Source of the DNA: Penicillus capitatus
Taxonomy: Eukaryota; Plantae; Chlorophyta
NCBI GenBank assembly: GCA_965649825.1
Contig: OZ287717.1
Location: 1-64,000, forward strand
Length of the DNA: 64,000 nt
Direction: 5' to 3'
Shown here: positions 61,901 through 64,000 of the stretch, piece after piece
How the letters are laid out: each line of letters opens with the position of its first letter
Position numbering within the stretch: position 1 is the first letter of the stretch
Made by a program: the position numbers and the translations under genes
The notes under the pieces: generated by a model
Told to the model about the DNA's origin: nothing
Databases searched by the model: none
Seen by the model: the letters and a program-made list of their open reading frames with translations, nothing else

Positions 61901-64000
61901 CTTTGGGCGGTGTCGTACGGAGTTGAAATCGAGGCCGTTACGTCGCATCAGGTGTAACCTGGCCTGTCAGTACGATCTGGAAGTGCACGATGACGCCGGC
62001 GACACGGTCGAGCGAGGGTGGGAATGTGTCGGCGGGGTCGAGTGGATGCCGACGGACCCTTGGTTGGAGCCCGACGGAGGCGTGCTCGGGCTGTGGCGCG
62101 GCCTTTCCGGATTCGACATTTCGGCACACTGCGGCCGACGGAGGGCCCACCGTCGGCAATCTTCGACGCAGACGGGTGCGGGACGTCTCGGGACACACCG
62201 CGGATGCCAATCGGTGCAAGCTCGTTTGGCTTTGGGCGGTGTCGTACTTGGTTGAAATCGTGGCGGTTACGTCGCATCAGGTGTAACCTGGCCTGTCAGT
62301 ACGATCTGGAAGTGCACGATGACGCCGGCGACACGGTCCAGCGAGGGTGGGAATGTGTCGGCGGGGTCGAGTGGATGCCGACGGACCCTTGGTTGGAGCC
62401 CGACGGCGGCGTTCTCGGGCTGTGGCGCGGCCTTTCCGGATTCGACATTTCGGCACACTGCGGCCGACAAAGGGCCCACCGTCGGCAGACTACAACGCAG
62501 ACGGGTGCGGGACGTCTCGGGACACACCGCGGATGCCGATCGGTGCAAGCTCGTTTGGCTTTGGGCGGTGTCGTACTTGGTTGAAATCGAGGCCGTTACG
62601 TCGCATCAGGTGTAACCTGGCCTGTCAGTACGATCTGGAAGTGCACGATGACGCCGGCAACACGGTCCAGCGAGGGTGGGAATGTGTCGGCGGGGTCGAG
62701 TGGATGCCGACGGACCCTTGGTTGGAGCCCGACGGCGGCGTTCTCGGGCTGTGGCGCGGCCTTTCCGGATTCGACATTTCGGCACACTGCGGCCGACGGA
62801 GGGCCCACCGTCGGCAGACTACAACGCAGACGGGTGCGGGACGCCTCGGGACACACCGCGGATGCCGATCACCGGAGGTTCGTTTAGCTCTGGGCGGTGT
62901 CGTACGGAGTTGAAATCGTGGCGGTTACGTCGCATCAGGTGTAACCTGGCCTGTCAGTACGATCTGGAAGTGCACGATGACGCCGGCGACACGGTCCAGC
63001 GAGGGTGGGAATGTGTCGGCGGGGTCGAGTGGATGCGGACGGACCCTTGGTTGGAGCCCGACGGAGGCGTGCTCGGGCTGTGGGGCGACCTTTCCGGATT
63101 CGACATTTCGGCACACTGCGGCCGACGGAGGGCCCACCGTCGGCAGACTACAACGCAGACGGGTGCGGGACGCCTCGGGACACACCGCGGATGCCGATCA
63201 CCGGAGGTTCGTTTGGCTTTGGGCGGTGTCGTACTTGGTTGAAATCGAGGCCGTTACGTCGCATCAGGTGTAACCTGGCCTGTCAGTACGATCTGGAAGT
63301 GCACGATGACGCCGGCGACACGGTCCAGCGAGGGTGGGAATGTGTCGGCGGGGTCGAGTGGATGCCGACGGACCCTTGGTTGGAGCCCGACGGCGGCGTT
63401 CTCGGGATGTGGCGCGACCTTTCCGGATTCGACATTTCGGCACACTACGGCCGACGGAGGGCCCACCGTCGGCAATCTTCGACGCAGACGGGTGCGGGAC
63501 GCCTCGGGACACACCGCGGATGCCGATCACCGGAGGTTCGTTTTGCTTTGGGCGGTGTCGTACGGAGTTGAAATCGTGGCCGTTACGTCGCATCAGGTGT
63601 AACCTGGCCTGTCAGTACGATCTGGAAGTGCACGATGCCGCCGGCGACACGGTCCAGCGAGGGTGGGAATGTGTCGGCGGGGTCGAGTGGATGCCGACGG
63701 ACCCTTGGTTGGAGCCCGACGGCGGCGTTCTCGGGCTGTGGCGCGACCTTTCCGGATTCGACATTTCGGCACACTGCGGCCGACGGAGGGCCCACCGTCG
63801 GCAGACTACAACGCAGACGGGTGCGGGACGCCTCGGGACACACCGCGGATGCCGATCACCGGAGGTTCGTTTTGCTTTGGGCGGTGTCGTACGGAGTTGA
63901 AATCGAGGCCGTTACGTCGCATCAGGTGTAACCTGGCCTGTCAGTACGATCTGGAAGTGCACGATGACGCCGGCAACACGGTCCAGCGAGGGTGGGAATG
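58985..64000. repeat. GC-rich tandem satellite, 329-bp monomer, 15 full copies plus a partial copy, running off the window
   Basis: CATCAGGTGTAAC recurs at 58985, 59314, 59643 ... 63920 with an exact 329-nt period; the ORF track repeats with the same period. Confidence 0.97.

Noticed and set aside
59022-63931. Dozens of 86-188 aa ORFs in the tandem array as protein-coding genes
   Set aside because: The period (329) is not a multiple of 3, ORFs occur in most frames on both strands as expected for GC-rich DNA, and by hand no frame shows a clear excess of synonymous changes.
58985-64000. CRISPR array
   Set aside because: Whole 329-bp units are repeated with no unique spacers, there are no cas genes, and the context is eukaryotic.

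Overview
Eukaryotic nuclear DNA from a compact, gene-dense genome with very short (about 45-60 nt) introns. It uses the standard code: TAA and TAG act as stops. A nuclear, intron-containing PETN with a transit peptide indicates a core chlorophyte green alga; a siphonous/Bryopsidales-like identity is only a guess. Housekeeping genes: two tandem GT31 galactosyltransferases, a synaptotagmin (SMP-C2), a histidine acid phosphatase, TMEM18, HCNGP/SAP30BP-like, NOP58, a kinesin, BTB-SPRY, PAM16, an Ig-like multipass membrane protein, FRA10AC1, LSM12-like, protein C10, PETN, a KDM3-type JmjC demethylase and a U-box/ARM ligase. Most notable: (1) a WD40-TRP-type channel gene head-to-head with an NWD/NACHT-type STAND-WD40 gene; (2) a 26.9-31 kb mobile-element pocket with a gag+integrase-only Gypsy-type LTR element and a tRNA-headed SINE bounded by a 14-15 bp target-site duplication; (3) a paralogous pair of Ala-rich secreted proteins with a shared promoter motif and a gene-conversion-like tract; (4) several GC-AG introns, one splitting the Walker A motif and carrying duplicated ends; (5) a 329-bp GC-rich satellite filling the last 5 kb, in which all 15 full monomers are different mosaics of two haplotypes. 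All exon models were assembled by hand from splice signals and motif continuity; family assignments are from motif recognition, not database searches.
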